A stretch of 64,000 nt of DNA from positions 5,110-69,109 of the forward strand of contig DUZJ01000001.1 in assembly GCA_013349615.1 (NCBI GenBank). The letters run 5' to 3'. Below the pieces are notes generated by a model, which was not told where the DNA came from, ran no database searches, and saw only the letters and a program-made list of their open reading frames with translations. Numbering within the stretch: position 1 is the stretch's first letter; the number at the start of each line of letters is the position of its first letter. Source of the DNA: Planctomycetota bacterium (lineage in GTDB: Bacteria; Planctomycetota; Phycisphaerae; Sedimentisphaerales; Anaerobacaceae). Both the position numbers and the translations under genes were made by a program. This document shows positions 1 to 9,827 of this stretch, piece by piece.

Positions 1-539
1 GCCATAACCTCCTTCATCGCTTTTTGAGCTTCAGGATGGAAACAAACATGTCCTGATAACGCTGCGGGGTCATATACATCTATTGGTTTCGGCGCCACAT
101 TGAAGTCACCTACCCAGAGGACGGGGTCGGTTGGCTCAAAATTCTTTTTGAAATACTCACCGAGCCGCTTGAACCAGTTTAATTTGTATTCGAACTTCTC
201 AGACTCGGGGCTGTACCCTTGTGGAACGTAGCTATTGACAATTACAATACCGTTAATTTCGGTTTTTATAAGCCGCGCCTCGTCTTTTGGCTCATCTGCG
301 AAACCGGACGCCACGTTTGAGGTTTGGCCTTTACTGAAAGTCGCTACGCCGTTATAGCTTTTTTGGCCTTTGAAGACGTATTTGTATCCCGCCTCATCAA
401 AAGCATCGGTTGGAAAGTCGACGTCCTGGACCTTGGTTTCCTGGGTGCACAAGACGTCCGGCTGGAACTCGGACAGCCACCCAAGCACGACCGCCAGGCG
501 GGCACGTAAGGAATTGACGTTGAAGCTAACAACTTTCAT
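1..539 (-). CDS. xthA: Exodeoxyribonuclease III (N-terminal ~180 aa; 3' end runs off the window)
   Basis: Absent from the ORF track because it is open at the window edge. Reverse complement from the ATG at 537-539 reads MKVVSFNVNSLRARL..LCTQETKVQD..YNGVATFSK..VNSYVPQG..LWVGDFNVAP, the ExoIII/AP-endonuclease (EEP fold) motif series. Confidence 0.85.
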   Translation of the reverse strand, partial: MKVVSFNVNSLRARLAVVLGWLSEFQPDVLCTQETKVQDVDFPTDAFDEAGYKYVFKGQKSYNGVATFSKGQTSNVASGFADEPKDEARLIKTEINGIVIVNSYVPQGYSPESEKFEYKLNWFKRLGEYFKKNFEPTDPVLWVGDFNVAPKPIDVYDPAALSGHVCFHPEAQKAMKEVM

Positions 540-603
540 TTAGCCGACCTTCTACGGAACTTCTTGTATTTAGCACCACGTTTCGCGTGTGGTCTTGTTT
601 CGC

Positions 604-1557
604 TCATTGTCGGTTTTTACGTTTTTGGATTTCACGTGCCAGCCACCGTGCGGCGTTGGCGACGATTTTCAACGGCTCAGCCTGATGGAAGACATTAAAG
701 GTCTCGTGTCCCGGTCGAAAGTAAAACACCTTGCCCTTGCCGAGCCTCCATATCGCGCCGCTGCGAAATTTCTGGCCTGCTTCCCACGTCTCCTCAAAGA
801 CCACCGCATCAGGTCTCGGCACATGAAACGGCTCGTTATACATCTCCGTCTGGCCAAGTGTGAACTCCCGGGCAATACCTTTGGCGATAGGGTGCCTTGG
901 AAGTAATGTCCTCATCTTACTGGGTTTGCCATGTGCGGCGTACTCCGGGAAGCAGCAGTTAGGCCGGACTATCCGCACGACAATGCCGCCGTCTTCTCCT
1001 TTTTCGTATGATACCGATGGTGTCAGCTCGGCGTCACGTCTAGGTGGCTTGCGTTCGACTTTGCCGAGCCATTGGACTTTTGCTTTGGCGCGTTCGGCTG
1101 CCGTGAGCTTGCCCAGCGCATCCTGCTTCGTACGTTCTTCCATCGCCACCATAAACGGTGTCGACCAGTGCGCCGAATGCAGCACAAGCAGAGAGAGTTT
1201 GCCGCTCTTTACCCGCTCGACAATGCGACGGGCGGTCTGCACCGATATCTCGTCTTGTCGAACATGCCCCCACCAAATCAGAACATCACAATCGTCGAGC
1301 AGCGCGTCCGCCAGGCCCTGCTGCGGGTCGTCTAAGCCGACCGAACGCACGGAAAATCCCTTTTGCTTGCGCAGATACTCGGCGATGTGATTGCCAAGAA
1401 AGTTTTTATAAAGCTGCTTCTGTCTCGGCTGTCGTTCATCCCAGACGACGATTCGTGCGGTTTGTTGCTTCGCACGGGCGATGGTCCCCGCTGCAAATAC
1501 TGCGGTGAACATCCCTAGCACTAAAACCAATGAGCCAATGTGTCGTACCATTTTCAT
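604..1557 (-). CDS. ThuA-like domain protein (secreted)
   Basis: 317-aa ORF with an N-terminal signal peptide. RIVVWDE..DVLIWWGH..LLVLHSAHWS pattern typical of ThuA (trehalose-utilisation, GATase1-like) domains. Confidence 0.7.
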   Translation of the reverse strand: MKMVRHIGSLVLVLGMFTAVFAAGTIARAKQQTARIVVWDERQPRQKQLYKNFLGNHIAEYLRKQKGFSVRSVGLDDPQQGLADALLDDCDVLIWWGHVRQDEISVQTARRIVERVKSGKLSLLVLHSAHWSTPFMVAMEERTKQDALGKLTAAERAKAKVQWLGKVERKPPRRDAELTPSVSYEKGEDGGIVVRIVRPNCCFPEYAAHGKPSKMRTLLPRHPIAKGIAREFTLGQTEMYNEPFHVPRPDAVVFEETWEAGQKFRSGAIWRLGKGKVFYFRPGHETFNVFHQAEPLKIVANAARWLAREIQKRKNRQ

Positions 1558-1687
1558 AATACCTCCTTATAACAAAATCCCAAATCATAAAGACTGTATT
1601 TTACATTCTCAATTCTCCATTCTAAAAAACAAACCTTGGTTTTGCCAGCGTTTTTCTTTCTCGTTAGTCGAAACTAAGGCGTCAACA

Positions 1688-2854
1688 TTAAAATCCGGGA
1701 ATCTCAGGCGTTTTCTCTCCGAAGTATTTTAGCCAGCTTATGGTGAGCGCACCGGCCAGGTCGGTATCGGCGGCAGTGTACTCATCGATGGTCTTGCCCC
1801 AGTAGAAGCCAATCCACCCTTCGGTAATCTCCTGAGAGCCATCAATAAAAACGCCCAGTTCCTGCGTACTACAGTGCAATGGGAACATCTCCTCCACGAT
1901 AAGCGGCTTACCGATATCGTAGGCCGAAAGTGCTGTCAGGGCCTTATCGACTTCGCCTCTTTTAGGATAGAAGTGAACGCTGACGAAATCAAGGTTCTCC
2001 GCCACCTCTTTTGAGTAGAAAAGCGGTCTGGCTTTCGGGAAAGTATGTACCCAGGGTATCACCCCGACCGTTATCATGTGACGGTCATCGTGCTTTCGTA
2101 TCGCCGCCGCCAGCTTGTCGACCCACACCTTTGCCACCTGCTTTCTCGTCCGCCCTGCAAGGTCGAGCGTGATGCGCTGCACGAAGTGCTTGCCCGCGAA
2201 CTCGCCCGCCAGCCAGTCGGTCTCCTTCTTGTTAGCGCCGGGCAGGATAGGCTCGTTCATAAGGTCGTAACAAAAAACTGCATCGCTTTTAGCGCACCTC
2301 TTCGCGACCGACTCCCAGAAAAGGGCCTGAACGTCCCATCGCTTGCCCTCGTCCATCGCATCGTACCATTTCGGCACGTCCTTCTTGTGGTAGCAGCCAA
2401 GACCCGTAATATCGAGGTAAAGCCCGGCCTCCTCGGCCAACTTTACCAGCCGCGTAAGCTGCTCAAGGGCCGCCCCATCAGGTTGCTCCGGCCCCTTCAT
2501 AAACTTCGCGGTTTGCAGGTGAATCCGGACAACGTTGGCCCCCAGCGTTTTCATCTCCCTGAAGTCTTCGGCAACGGTCGACCACTCTTCATCCCAGTAG
2601 TCTTCGAGGAGCCGCCCGGAATCGTCGTGGTCGTAGTTGAAACCCCAGGCGACAAACCTGGCCCCCGATTCAGCACAGATGAAGTGGCTGCCGTCTTCGC
2701 TGGGCCGGACCAGCTCAAGCCCGCCATCAGCCGCTGCGCTTCCCCCGTGGCTGTCTGTCACTCGACAAGAGCAAATCAAGGGTGCCGATATCATCAGAAA
2801 CAATATTGCAAATCCGACCTTATACTGTCTCATTTCTGTCAGTAACCTTTTCAT
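1688..2854 (-). CDS. Glycoside hydrolase family 5 (cellulase/mannanase-type)
   Basis: 388 aa with a signal/lipobox-like N-terminus. GANVVRIH, LMNEP (acid/base Glu) and VEEMFP (nucleophile Glu) motifs of clan GH-A family 5. Confidence 0.75.
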   Translation of the reverse strand: MKRLLTEMRQYKVGFAILFLMISAPLICSCRVTDSHGGSAAADGGLELVRPSEDGSHFICAESGARFVAWGFNYDHDDSGRLLEDYWDEEWSTVAEDFREMKTLGANVVRIHLQTAKFMKGPEQPDGAALEQLTRLVKLAEEAGLYLDITGLGCYHKKDVPKWYDAMDEGKRWDVQALFWESVAKRCAKSDAVFCYDLMNEPILPGANKKETDWLAGEFAGKHFVQRITLDLAGRTRKQVAKVWVDKLAAAIRKHDDRHMITVGVIPWVHTFPKARPLFYSKEVAENLDFVSVHFYPKRGEVDKALTALSAYDIGKPLIVEEMFPLHCSTQELGVFIDGSQEITEGWIGFYWGKTIDEYTAADTDLAGALTISWLKYFGEKTPEIPGF

Positions 2855-2929
2855 CTCAACATTTCTGTTGTATATATGTGCTGTTCACAGCACGCAATTC
2901 TCAGGCAGGGCTCATTTGGGATTCTGCCC

Positions 2930-3679
2930 TTACTTTTGGGAGCGTGTACCTTTGGCCTCGTGTTTCAAGGCGGCATACTTCCTGGCTAATTCAACCACAG
3001 CGTCATCGCTCTTGTCCACATATAGTTCAAGCCAATAGTCCTTCACACCTTCCTTCGCAACACGGATACCCGCCGCCAGTCGTCCTCGATGGTCCCCGCC
3101 GGCTCTATCGCCGGCTGCCAAAGCAGCCATTAGCCGGTCGGCAAGACTTCCTTTACTTTCTTCGTAGGCCCTGGCCATAGCGAAGATTACCTCTCGACCG
3201 ACCAGCGTATTACCCTGACAAGCGTAGTACTTGCCGGATACTGCTCCCCACCACACACCTGATGCATCGGCCCTGGCGGGGTTCCGGTTCGCAGCCCGAC
3301 CGGACATATCGATAATAGCTAACTGCCGTTTATCGCGCAGGGCATCACTATGCAACAGTTCGCCTAAAACCTGCTCCGGTAAATGGCCCTTGGCAAGAAG
3401 GTCCAATGCACGCTCTCCCCATTTCGGATTATGCCAATGCTGTGTGCAGAATGCGCCGACTCCTGCCCGCGCATAGGGTACAATTTTTCCGACAGCCGGG
3501 TACTTGCTTGCCACAGCCGCTCCACAAATCCCCGCCTTGGGTTCGACCGCTACTATAGAGAACGTGCCGGAGACCTTGGCTTCATACAAGCTACCATGTC
3601 TTGAATCTTGCGCGCACGAAGAACATAGTCCTGCAAACACAATCAACAGAATTGAATTCCTGAGCATCGCTTCCTCCAA
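2930..3679 (-). CDS. DUF1028 family (Ntn-hydrolase-like) protein, secreted
   Basis: TFSIVAVEP..GICGAAVASKYPAVG..VPYARAGVGAFCTQ matches the conserved DUF1028 N-terminal block. Signal peptide present; the true start may be the MLRNS Met at 3667. Confidence 0.65.
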   Translation of the reverse strand: MEEAMLRNSILLIVFAGLCSSCAQDSRHGSLYEAKVSGTFSIVAVEPKAGICGAAVASKYPAVGKIVPYARAGVGAFCTQHWHNPKWGERALDLLAKGHLPEQVLGELLHSDALRDKRQLAIIDMSGRAANRNPARADASGVWWGAVSGKYYACQGNTLVGREVIFAMARAYEESKGSLADRLMAALAAGDRAGGDHRGRLAAGIRVAKEGVKDYWLELYVDKSDDAVVELARKYAALKHEAKGTRSQK

Positions 3680-3803
3680 TTATTCTTTATATCCTTTCCG
3701 CATAAAGAAAAGCTCATCGGTCATTTATTCTTGTTGTAATCTTTCCCTAATGATTCGAGCCTGCCCTGGTTTTTGTATGCCTGCAAAATCCGGGCCTCTA
3801 ACA

Positions 3804-6176
3804 TCAGGTAAGTTTTTCGACCTGCTTTTTGGCCGATTTTGGCTTTGCGGGAATGCTCTTTATGGGTGTCGGTTTTTTGATTGTTTGGCCTGTCGGCCTG
3901 GCCTGGCGGGAAGAAACGCTTTTACCGCCTTCGACCTTGTCGATTAAGGCGTAACTTTCCACTATCGCCAACAGGCTCAACAGAAAGCTCAGCGTGCTCT
4001 CTGCACCCTGGTTGGCATTAACGCCGTCCTGTGTAAGACCATCGTGGCAACCTTTCGTTCGAAAGTTGTAAACCGGAATGTACAAATCGTTTGCCCCCAG
4101 AAACCAGTCAAAGGCCTTCCTTTGTAGTGTTAAGAACCTCTTGTGCTTTGTCGCGTCATAAGCGGCCTTTAACATCTGCACCGTACTTGCCGCTTCTATG
4201 GGCTGCTGGTCAAATGTGGCCTTTGTCAGCCCGCGTTCATACCACCCTTTGCACCCGATAAAGCTGAAGTGCGTACCGTTAAAAGTATTTTCCAGCAGGA
4301 ACTCACACGTTTTTTCCGCAGCTTCCAGGTATTTTTTGTTATCGAAGGCCAGGCTGGCAACAAACAAAGCGTGTGGCAAAACTGCGTTGTCATAAGTCAG
4401 GACGTCCTCGAACCACTGCCAGTCGGGAAAGCTGTTTTCTTCGTATTGAATTACCAGGGTATCTGCCGCTATTTCCAATTGGCGCTTGATGTCACTGGCT
4501 CCGGGGAACTGCTTGAGGTAATCTGACATACCTAATATCGAATACGCCATCCCTCGTGGGTACTGCTTATCCACGTGTTTTACCGACCTGTCGAAGCAGT
4601 CTTTGATAGTTGACAAATACGATGGCGTCGGCGGTTTTGCCATGACCGTTCCAAAAGCCTGAAGCAATCTGCCCAAAGCATCGTTGAAGGGCTCATCTTC
4701 TTGCCAGGTTCTGTCGAAATTCATAAAGTTTCTCACCGTCCCGTCACTGTTTTGAGAATGCAGGGCAAACGACAGATATGTATCGAAAAGCTTAAGGGCT
4801 TCCGGCTCCGGATACTGCGAGTAATAGTTGGTCATTACAATTACAGCCCGTGCATTATCGTCCGTGGTGTACCCGTATTCGCGATTTGGAACGGTAAAGT
4901 TGGCGTGTTGAAACAGCCCGGTATCATCGGTCAGCTTTTTCAGATGGTCTAAAGAAGGCTCAGGAACTTCAATACTTGATATAGTTTCGGCTGCTGACAG
5001 GGGCATTTTGGCATGTATCCGGACCGGCATTCGTTTTGCGCTGAATACCTTCCAGTAACCCTGCCCGATTTTAGGCCAGGTACGAGACCTGCCGTATTCG
5101 TATGCGCGTCTTCGCAGCGAATAAAACAGCGAATCTTTCCGAATGATTTTTATTATTGCTTCAGCTATTTGTTCCGACTCGCCGAATCGTACCAGTTTAC
5201 CTCGCCCATCATCCAACAGCTCCAGAGCTGCCCAATAGGGCGACGAGACAACCGCTTTTCCTGTCCCGACCGCAAACGATAACGTGCCGCTGGTCAATTG
5301 TTCTTTGTTGAGGTATGGCGTTACATAAATATCCGCTGCGCATAGGAAGTTATGAAGCTCTTCGTCATTGACGAACCTGTTGTGAAATATCACGTGTTCC
5401 TGCAAACTTAATTCTTTGACCATTCGCTGCAAGTTGAACCTGTATGATTCACCTTCGTGTTTTAATACCGATGGATGCGTCATCCCCAACACTATGTAAA
5501 GAACCGAAGGCTCCGCCTCTATTATCCTCGGCATGGCCCTGAGCATCACTTCTATACCTTTGTTCCTGCTCAGTAGGCCGAACGTCAAAATAGTCCTTCG
5601 GCTTTCCATGCCGAACTTGTGCTTATAGTAGTTGCTGTCCACAAAAGGCAAATCCGGTATCCCGTGCGCAATCAGTTCTACTTTCTTACCAGAAATACCG
5701 TAAATGTCACGCAGCATAGTAAGGCCTCGCTCGTTCATTGTGATTACTTTGTAAGAGGCGTTGCAGACGTCAACTAATGACTTATGGTAAGCCGGATCCG
5801 GGTCGTCAAGGACCGTATGCAGCGTTGTTATTACCGGGGCCTTCAGTCTGTTCAGCAGCAGGCTCAGATAAGAGCCTGCTTCGCCGCCAAACAGACCAAA
5901 TTCATGCTGCACTGAGACTACGTCAACGTGGCTGAAATTAATATAGTCGGCCGCACAGATATAATCACTTTTCACATCCTGCCGGATTTCGAACTTTACC
6001 GGCTCATTGTATTTTAGCTTGTTGTCCGAACGCATTGCGACTACCAAAGGCTCGAATTGACCTTTGGCTGCTGCGCCGGTACTCTTGATAAGGTCCGACG
6101 TAAATGTTGCAATTCCACATTTTCTCGGAAGAAATGAGGAAATAAAGGCCACTTTTTTCTTCGTTACCTTGGCCAT
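3804..6176 (-). CDS. GT4-family glycosyltransferase fused to a C-terminal (alpha/alpha)-barrel-like domain with a Lys-rich tail
   Basis: Start set at MAKVTKKKVAFISSFLPRKCGIATFTSDL (ATG 6176; the ORF is open to 6248). The N-half has the GT-B/GT4 layout. The C-half (~380 aa) is helical-repeat rich (..DDNARA..LGR..YDNAV..) and resembles glycoside-hydrolase-like toroids. The tail is KKPTPIKSIPAKPKSAKK. Confidence 0.65.
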   Translation of the reverse strand: MAKVTKKKVAFISSFLPRKCGIATFTSDLIKSTGAAAKGQFEPLVVAMRSDNKLKYNEPVKFEIRQDVKSDYICAADYINFSHVDVVSVQHEFGLFGGEAGSYLSLLLNRLKAPVITTLHTVLDDPDPAYHKSLVDVCNASYKVITMNERGLTMLRDIYGISGKKVELIAHGIPDLPFVDSNYYKHKFGMESRRTILTFGLLSRNKGIEVMLRAMPRIIEAEPSVLYIVLGMTHPSVLKHEGESYRFNLQRMVKELSLQEHVIFHNRFVNDEELHNFLCAADIYVTPYLNKEQLTSGTLSFAVGTGKAVVSSPYWAALELLDDGRGKLVRFGESEQIAEAIIKIIRKDSLFYSLRRRAYEYGRSRTWPKIGQGYWKVFSAKRMPVRIHAKMPLSAAETISSIEVPEPSLDHLKKLTDDTGLFQHANFTVPNREYGYTTDDNARAVIVMTNYYSQYPEPEALKLFDTYLSFALHSQNSDGTVRNFMNFDRTWQEDEPFNDALGRLLQAFGTVMAKPPTPSYLSTIKDCFDRSVKHVDKQYPRGMAYSILGMSDYLKQFPGASDIKRQLEIAADTLVIQYEENSFPDWQWFEDVLTYDNAVLPHALFVASLAFDNKKYLEAAEKTCEFLLENTFNGTHFSFIGCKGWYERGLTKATFDQQPIEAASTVQMLKAAYDATKHKRFLTLQRKAFDWFLGANDLYIPVYNFRTKGCHDGLTQDGVNANQGAESTLSFLLSLLAIVESYALIDKVEGGKSVSSRQARPTGQTIKKPTPIKSIPAKPKSAKKQVEKLT

Positions 6177-6411
6177 TCGTAACATCCTTTTTTGAAATAG
6201 TGGGAATGTAAACCACACAATTATAGTGGCGGTCGAGCGACCTGTCAAGAAAATTGGGTCTTGCGCCGGTTCCAGGGCATATTTTACCCGGCTGCCTGGA
6301 TTGCATAAATCCTGCCAGATTGGATGATAGAGGCGAATTTACAAATTTTTTTCATTTTTTTGGAGAATTTTTCTTTTTTTTACAACAAAACTTTAGAATT
6401 TAACGTATAAA

Positions 6412-6426
6412 CTACTAACATAGTAG
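6412..6426 (+). promoter_or_regulatory. Perfect palindrome CTACTA-ACA-TAGTAG, candidate Rrf2 (IscR/CymR-type) operator
   Basis: 15-bp dyad 20 nt upstream of the Rrf2 ATG, just downstream of a TATAAA (6406-6411). Rrf2 regulators are commonly autoregulated through dyad operators. Confidence 0.35.
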
Positions 6427-6445
6427 GAATAATAGGAAATTCGTT

Positions 6446-6880
6446 ATGAAACTCTCGACTCGAACCAGGTACGGCATAAGGGCAATATTAGAATTGGCTG
6501 AAAATGACGATAAGCGTCCGTTACAGCTTAGAATCATTGCCGAGCACCAGGATATATCCATCAAATATCTCGAACAATTAATGGCAATACTCAGATCGGC
6601 AGGATTTGTCAGAAGTATCAGGGGCGCCAAAGGCGGCTATATGCTTGCCAAACCTCCGAACCAGATTAAACTTAGCGATGTTTTCGATTGCCTGGAGGGA
6701 TATGTTACTACCGTGGAATGTGTCGAAGACAAAAAGTACTGTGAACGCGCTGATGATTGTATAGTAAGGCAGGTCTGGACGCAGGTCCAGGAAGCAATAA
6801 GGAATGTCCTGCTGTCTATAACTGTGCAGGATTTGGTTAATAGGGACAAAGATAAAAAAATGTTGAATTATCAAATATAG
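6446..6880 (+). CDS. Rrf2-family transcriptional regulator (IscR/CymR-like, three-Cys cluster ligands)
   Basis: MKLSTRTRYGIRAILELA..ISIKYLEQLM..L..AGFV.S.RGAKGGY is the Rrf2 wHTH signature. The Cys triad C-x7-C-x5-C (CVEDKKYCERADDC) fits an Fe-S-binding Rrf2. Confidence 0.85.
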   Translation: MKLSTRTRYGIRAILELAENDDKRPLQLRIIAEHQDISIKYLEQLMAILRSAGFVRSIRGAKGGYMLAKPPNQIKLSDVFDCLEGYVTTVECVEDKKYCERADDCIVRQVWTQVQEAIRNVLLSITVQDLVNRDKDKKMLNYQI

Positions 6881-6898
6881 ACACGAGGACGAAAAATT

Positions 6899-7819
6899 AT
6901 GAGTGCAATATTCCAGGATATCACGGCTGCGATTGGTCAGACTCCACTTGTGCAAATCAATAAGCTCGGCGCCGACAACGCAACCATTCTGGCCAAGCTG
7001 GAGTCCAGGAATCCCTGCGGCAGCGTCAAAGACAGAATCGCACTCTCAATGATAGAGGCGGCGGAAAAGGCGGGGCTCATAAAACCCGGTACCGTTATAA
7101 TTGAACCGACCAGCGGTAATACCGGCATAGGACTCGCCTTCATTTGCGCCGTAAAGGGATACAAATTGATGCTCGCTATGCCCGAATCGATGAGCGTTGA
7201 AAGAAGGAAGCTGCTGCAGTTGTTTGGCGCAGAGATTGTGCTCACGCCCGCCGAGCGCGGCATGCCGGGCGCGGTGGAAAAAGCCGAGCAGCTCGTGGCC
7301 GACAATCCCAATGCCTTTATGCCGCAGCAGTTTAACAACCCGGCAAATCCGAAAATTCACAGGGAAACGACAGCGGAAGAAATCTTCTCTGATACGGATG
7401 GTAAGCTTGACATTTTTGTTGCGGGCGTCGGCACCGGAGGGAGCTTGACCGGGTGCGGAGAAGTCTTAAAACAGCGTAACAAAGACTTAAAGGTCGTTGC
7501 GGTTGAGCCGGAAGATTCACCGGTGCTTTCCGGCGGCAAGCCAGGCCCACACAAAATACAGGGCATCGGCGCCGGCTTCCTGCCGCAGGTTTTGAATACC
7601 GGTATAATTGATGAAACTATACAGGTCTCAAATGGCGACGCTATGGAAACGGCCAGGCAGTTGGCCGCAAAAGAAGGGATATTGGCCGGTATAAGCGCAG
7701 GGGCTGCAATGTACGCCGCAATACAGATTTCCCAGCGACCGGAAAATCAAGGCAAAACAATTGTTGTCATTTTTCCCGATACCGGAGAAAGGTATATCTC
7801 CACCGGGATGTTTCTGTAA
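6899..7819 (+). CDS. cysK: Cysteine synthase A (O-acetylserine sulfhydrylase)
   Basis: 306 aa. [17 protein letters not shown] (PLP Lys), [12 protein letters not shown] and [10 protein letters not shown] motifs. Confidence 0.9.
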   Translation: MSAIFQDITAAIGQTPLVQINKLGADNATILAKLESRNPCGSVKDRIALSMIEAAEKAGLIKPGTVIIEPTSGNTGIGLAFICAVKGYKLMLAMPESMSVERRKLLQLFGAEIVLTPAERGMPGAVEKAEQLVADNPNAFMPQQFNNPANPKIHRETTAEEIFSDTDGKLDIFVAGVGTGGSLTGCGEVLKQRNKDLKVVAVEPEDSPVLSGGKPGPHKIQGIGAGFLPQVLNTGIIDETIQVSNGDAMETARQLAAKEGILAGISAGAAMYAAIQISQRPENQGKTIVVIFPDTGERYISTGMFL

Positions 7820-7858
7820 ATAACAGAAAAAACGTTGACTTTTCGAGAGGGCCTGAAT

Positions 7859-8809
7859 ATGCGAAGGTTCAAGCTGACAAGCAAAAGAATAGAAAATCTC
7901 GTTGGCGAAATTGCCCGCACATACCAGGGCGACTCCGGTATAAATTTTATCGATGCCTCCAATCTGCCCGTGCGGGACAAAATTCTGGACGTCCTTGATT
8001 TGCTATTTGAAGTGCTCTTTCCCGGCTATACCGGCAGAAGAACGGTTACGAAAGCAAATATCAGTTTTATCGTTGGTGATATTCTTTGGCAGCTCGCGAC
8101 CGCGCTCTCTGAGCAGATGGAGCGAGCGTATCATTATCAGTGCAGGACAAGGGAATGTGAAGGCTGCGACTGCAGAACAATGGCCGAGAACGTCACACAG
8201 CATTTATTAACGCGGCTTCCGAAAATCAGAGAGATGCTAAAAGGTGACGTCGGTGCCGCTTTTGACGGCGACCCGGCGGCAAAATCTTACGAGGAAATTG
8301 TGATAAGCTATCCCTGCATAATTGCAATTGCTACATATCGTATTGCACACGAATTGTATATAAAGCAGGTCCCCTTAATTCCACGCATAATGGCCGAATG
8401 TGCACACGCTAAAACCGGTATTGACATACATCCGGGAGCAAAAATCGGCCACAACTTCTTTATCGACCACGGCACCGGCGTTGTAATAGGTGAAACTACC
8501 GTTATTGGCGACAATGTCAAAATCTATCAGGGCGCTACTCTTGGCGCCCTCAGTTTCCCAAAGGACGAAAGGGGAAGGGCAATAAAGGGCGGAAAAAGAC
8601 ACCCCACGATAGAGGACAATGTAACAATATATGCGGAAGCGACGATATTAGGCGATGTAGTCATCGGCAAAGGCGCCGTAATCAGCGGCAACGTCTGGAT
8701 AAAGGAGTCCGTGCCCGCCGGCGTTACCGTTAAAAGCCCGAATCCTGACCTCGTTTACACAAAACAATCGCAGAAAAAAAACAAACAACGGAGTCCCGAA
8801 CGTAAGTGA
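7859..8809 (+). CDS. cysE: Serine O-acetyltransferase (long form)
   Basis: ATG at 7859 (the ORF is open from a TTG at 7835). [31 protein letters not shown] and hexapeptide repeats. Basic C-terminal tail. Confidence 0.85.
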   Translation: MRRFKLTSKRIENLVGEIARTYQGDSGINFIDASNLPVRDKILDVLDLLFEVLFPGYTGRRTVTKANISFIVGDILWQLATALSEQMERAYHYQCRTRECEGCDCRTMAENVTQHLLTRLPKIREMLKGDVGAAFDGDPAAKSYEEIVISYPCIIAIATYRIAHELYIKQVPLIPRIMAECAHAKTGIDIHPGAKIGHNFFIDHGTGVVIGETTVIGDNVKIYQGATLGALSFPKDERGRAIKGGKRHPTIEDNVTIYAEATILGDVVIGKGAVISGNVWIKESVPAGVTVKSPNPDLVYTKQSQKKNKQRSPERK

Positions 8810-8827
8810 GGGGTAGAACAACTTAGA

Positions 8828-9742
8828 ATGAACAAGAAACTCATAGAAAAAATCGAGCAGCTAAAACAAGCGCATAATGCTGTCGTCCTCGCACACAACT
8901 ATCAGACAGCCGACATCCAGGACCTCGCCGATTTTACCGGCGACTCTTTGGGACTGAGCATAAACGCAGCCGAGACCGATGCAGACGTAATAGTATTTTG
9001 TGGCGTCAAATTTATGGCTGAAACCGCCGCAATTCTCTCCCCCGAAAAGACCGTACTTTTGCCGGACGAGCTCGCCGGATGTCCCCTCGCTGATATGATA
9101 ACAGTAGAACAGTTACGCGACTTGAAACAAAAGCACCCTGACGCGCTCGTCGTCTGTTATGTAAACAGTTCTGCACGGGTCAAGGCCGAGAGCGATTATT
9201 GCTGCACAAGTGCCAATGCCGTTGAAGTTGTCGAATCATTGCCCACCGATAGGGAAATCATCTTTGTGCCGGACCAGTATCTCGGGCAATTCGCTGCTGA
9301 AAGGACCGCCAGAGACCTCATCCTCTGGCCGGGATATTGCCACGTACACGTCGCGATAACCGAAGATGATATTAAGAATGCAAAGGCAAAGCAGCCTGAC
9401 GCGATTGTGATGACACATCCGGAATGTACCGGGCCGGTCAAGGCCCTTTCCGACCAGATGCTTAGCACAGGCCAGATGCTCCGCTACGCCGCCAAAAGCA
9501 AAGCGAAACAATTTATAATAGCCACCGAGACAGGAATTATTCATACTTTGAAGAAGCAAAATCCACAGGCCGAATTTATCCCCGCAACCGACAGGGCAAT
9601 TTGTCCCAATATGAAACGCATTACTTTGGAAAAAGTGCTCTGGTCTTTAGAAAATATGCAGTACAAAGTTACCGTGCCGCAGGAGATAAGAATAGAAGCG
9701 AAAAAAGCGATTGATATGATGGTAGAGATTTTGCCCCGTTAG
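8828..9742 (+). CDS. nadA: Quinolinate synthase
   Basis: 304 aa. VVLAHNYQ..IQD.ADF.GDSL, FCGV.FMAETA, CYVNS, HPEC motifs of NadA. Confidence 0.9.
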   Translation: MNKKLIEKIEQLKQAHNAVVLAHNYQTADIQDLADFTGDSLGLSINAAETDADVIVFCGVKFMAETAAILSPEKTVLLPDELAGCPLADMITVEQLRDLKQKHPDALVVCYVNSSARVKAESDYCCTSANAVEVVESLPTDREIIFVPDQYLGQFAAERTARDLILWPGYCHVHVAITEDDIKNAKAKQPDAIVMTHPECTGPVKALSDQMLSTGQMLRYAAKSKAKQFIIATETGIIHTLKKQNPQAEFIPATDRAICPNMKRITLEKVLWSLENMQYKVTVPQEIRIEAKKAIDMMVEILPR

Positions 9743-9827
9743 AAATTCTATAACAGAGCGACGGTATGAGTAAAGAGGCAAAGATTTCTAACGGGCTTTA
9801 CCGGAAAAATAGCATAGGATTTTCAAA

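Noticed and set aside
2045-2845. Long ORFs antisense to well-supported genes: 2045-2845, 17843-18406, 36477-37334, 50621-51373, 52176-52883, 54377-54802 and 60717-61409.
   Set aside because: Each lies entirely opposite a gene with clear family motifs. The translations are low-complexity (Ser/Arg/Pro-rich) without motifs, so they are typical shadow ORFs.
9743-9827. Possible SAM riboswitch upstream of metY.
   Set aside because: The spacer is only 85 nt and I cannot find the conserved SAM-I, SAM-II or SAM/SAH core sequences by eye. Only a generic hairpin is present, which is reported separately at low interest.
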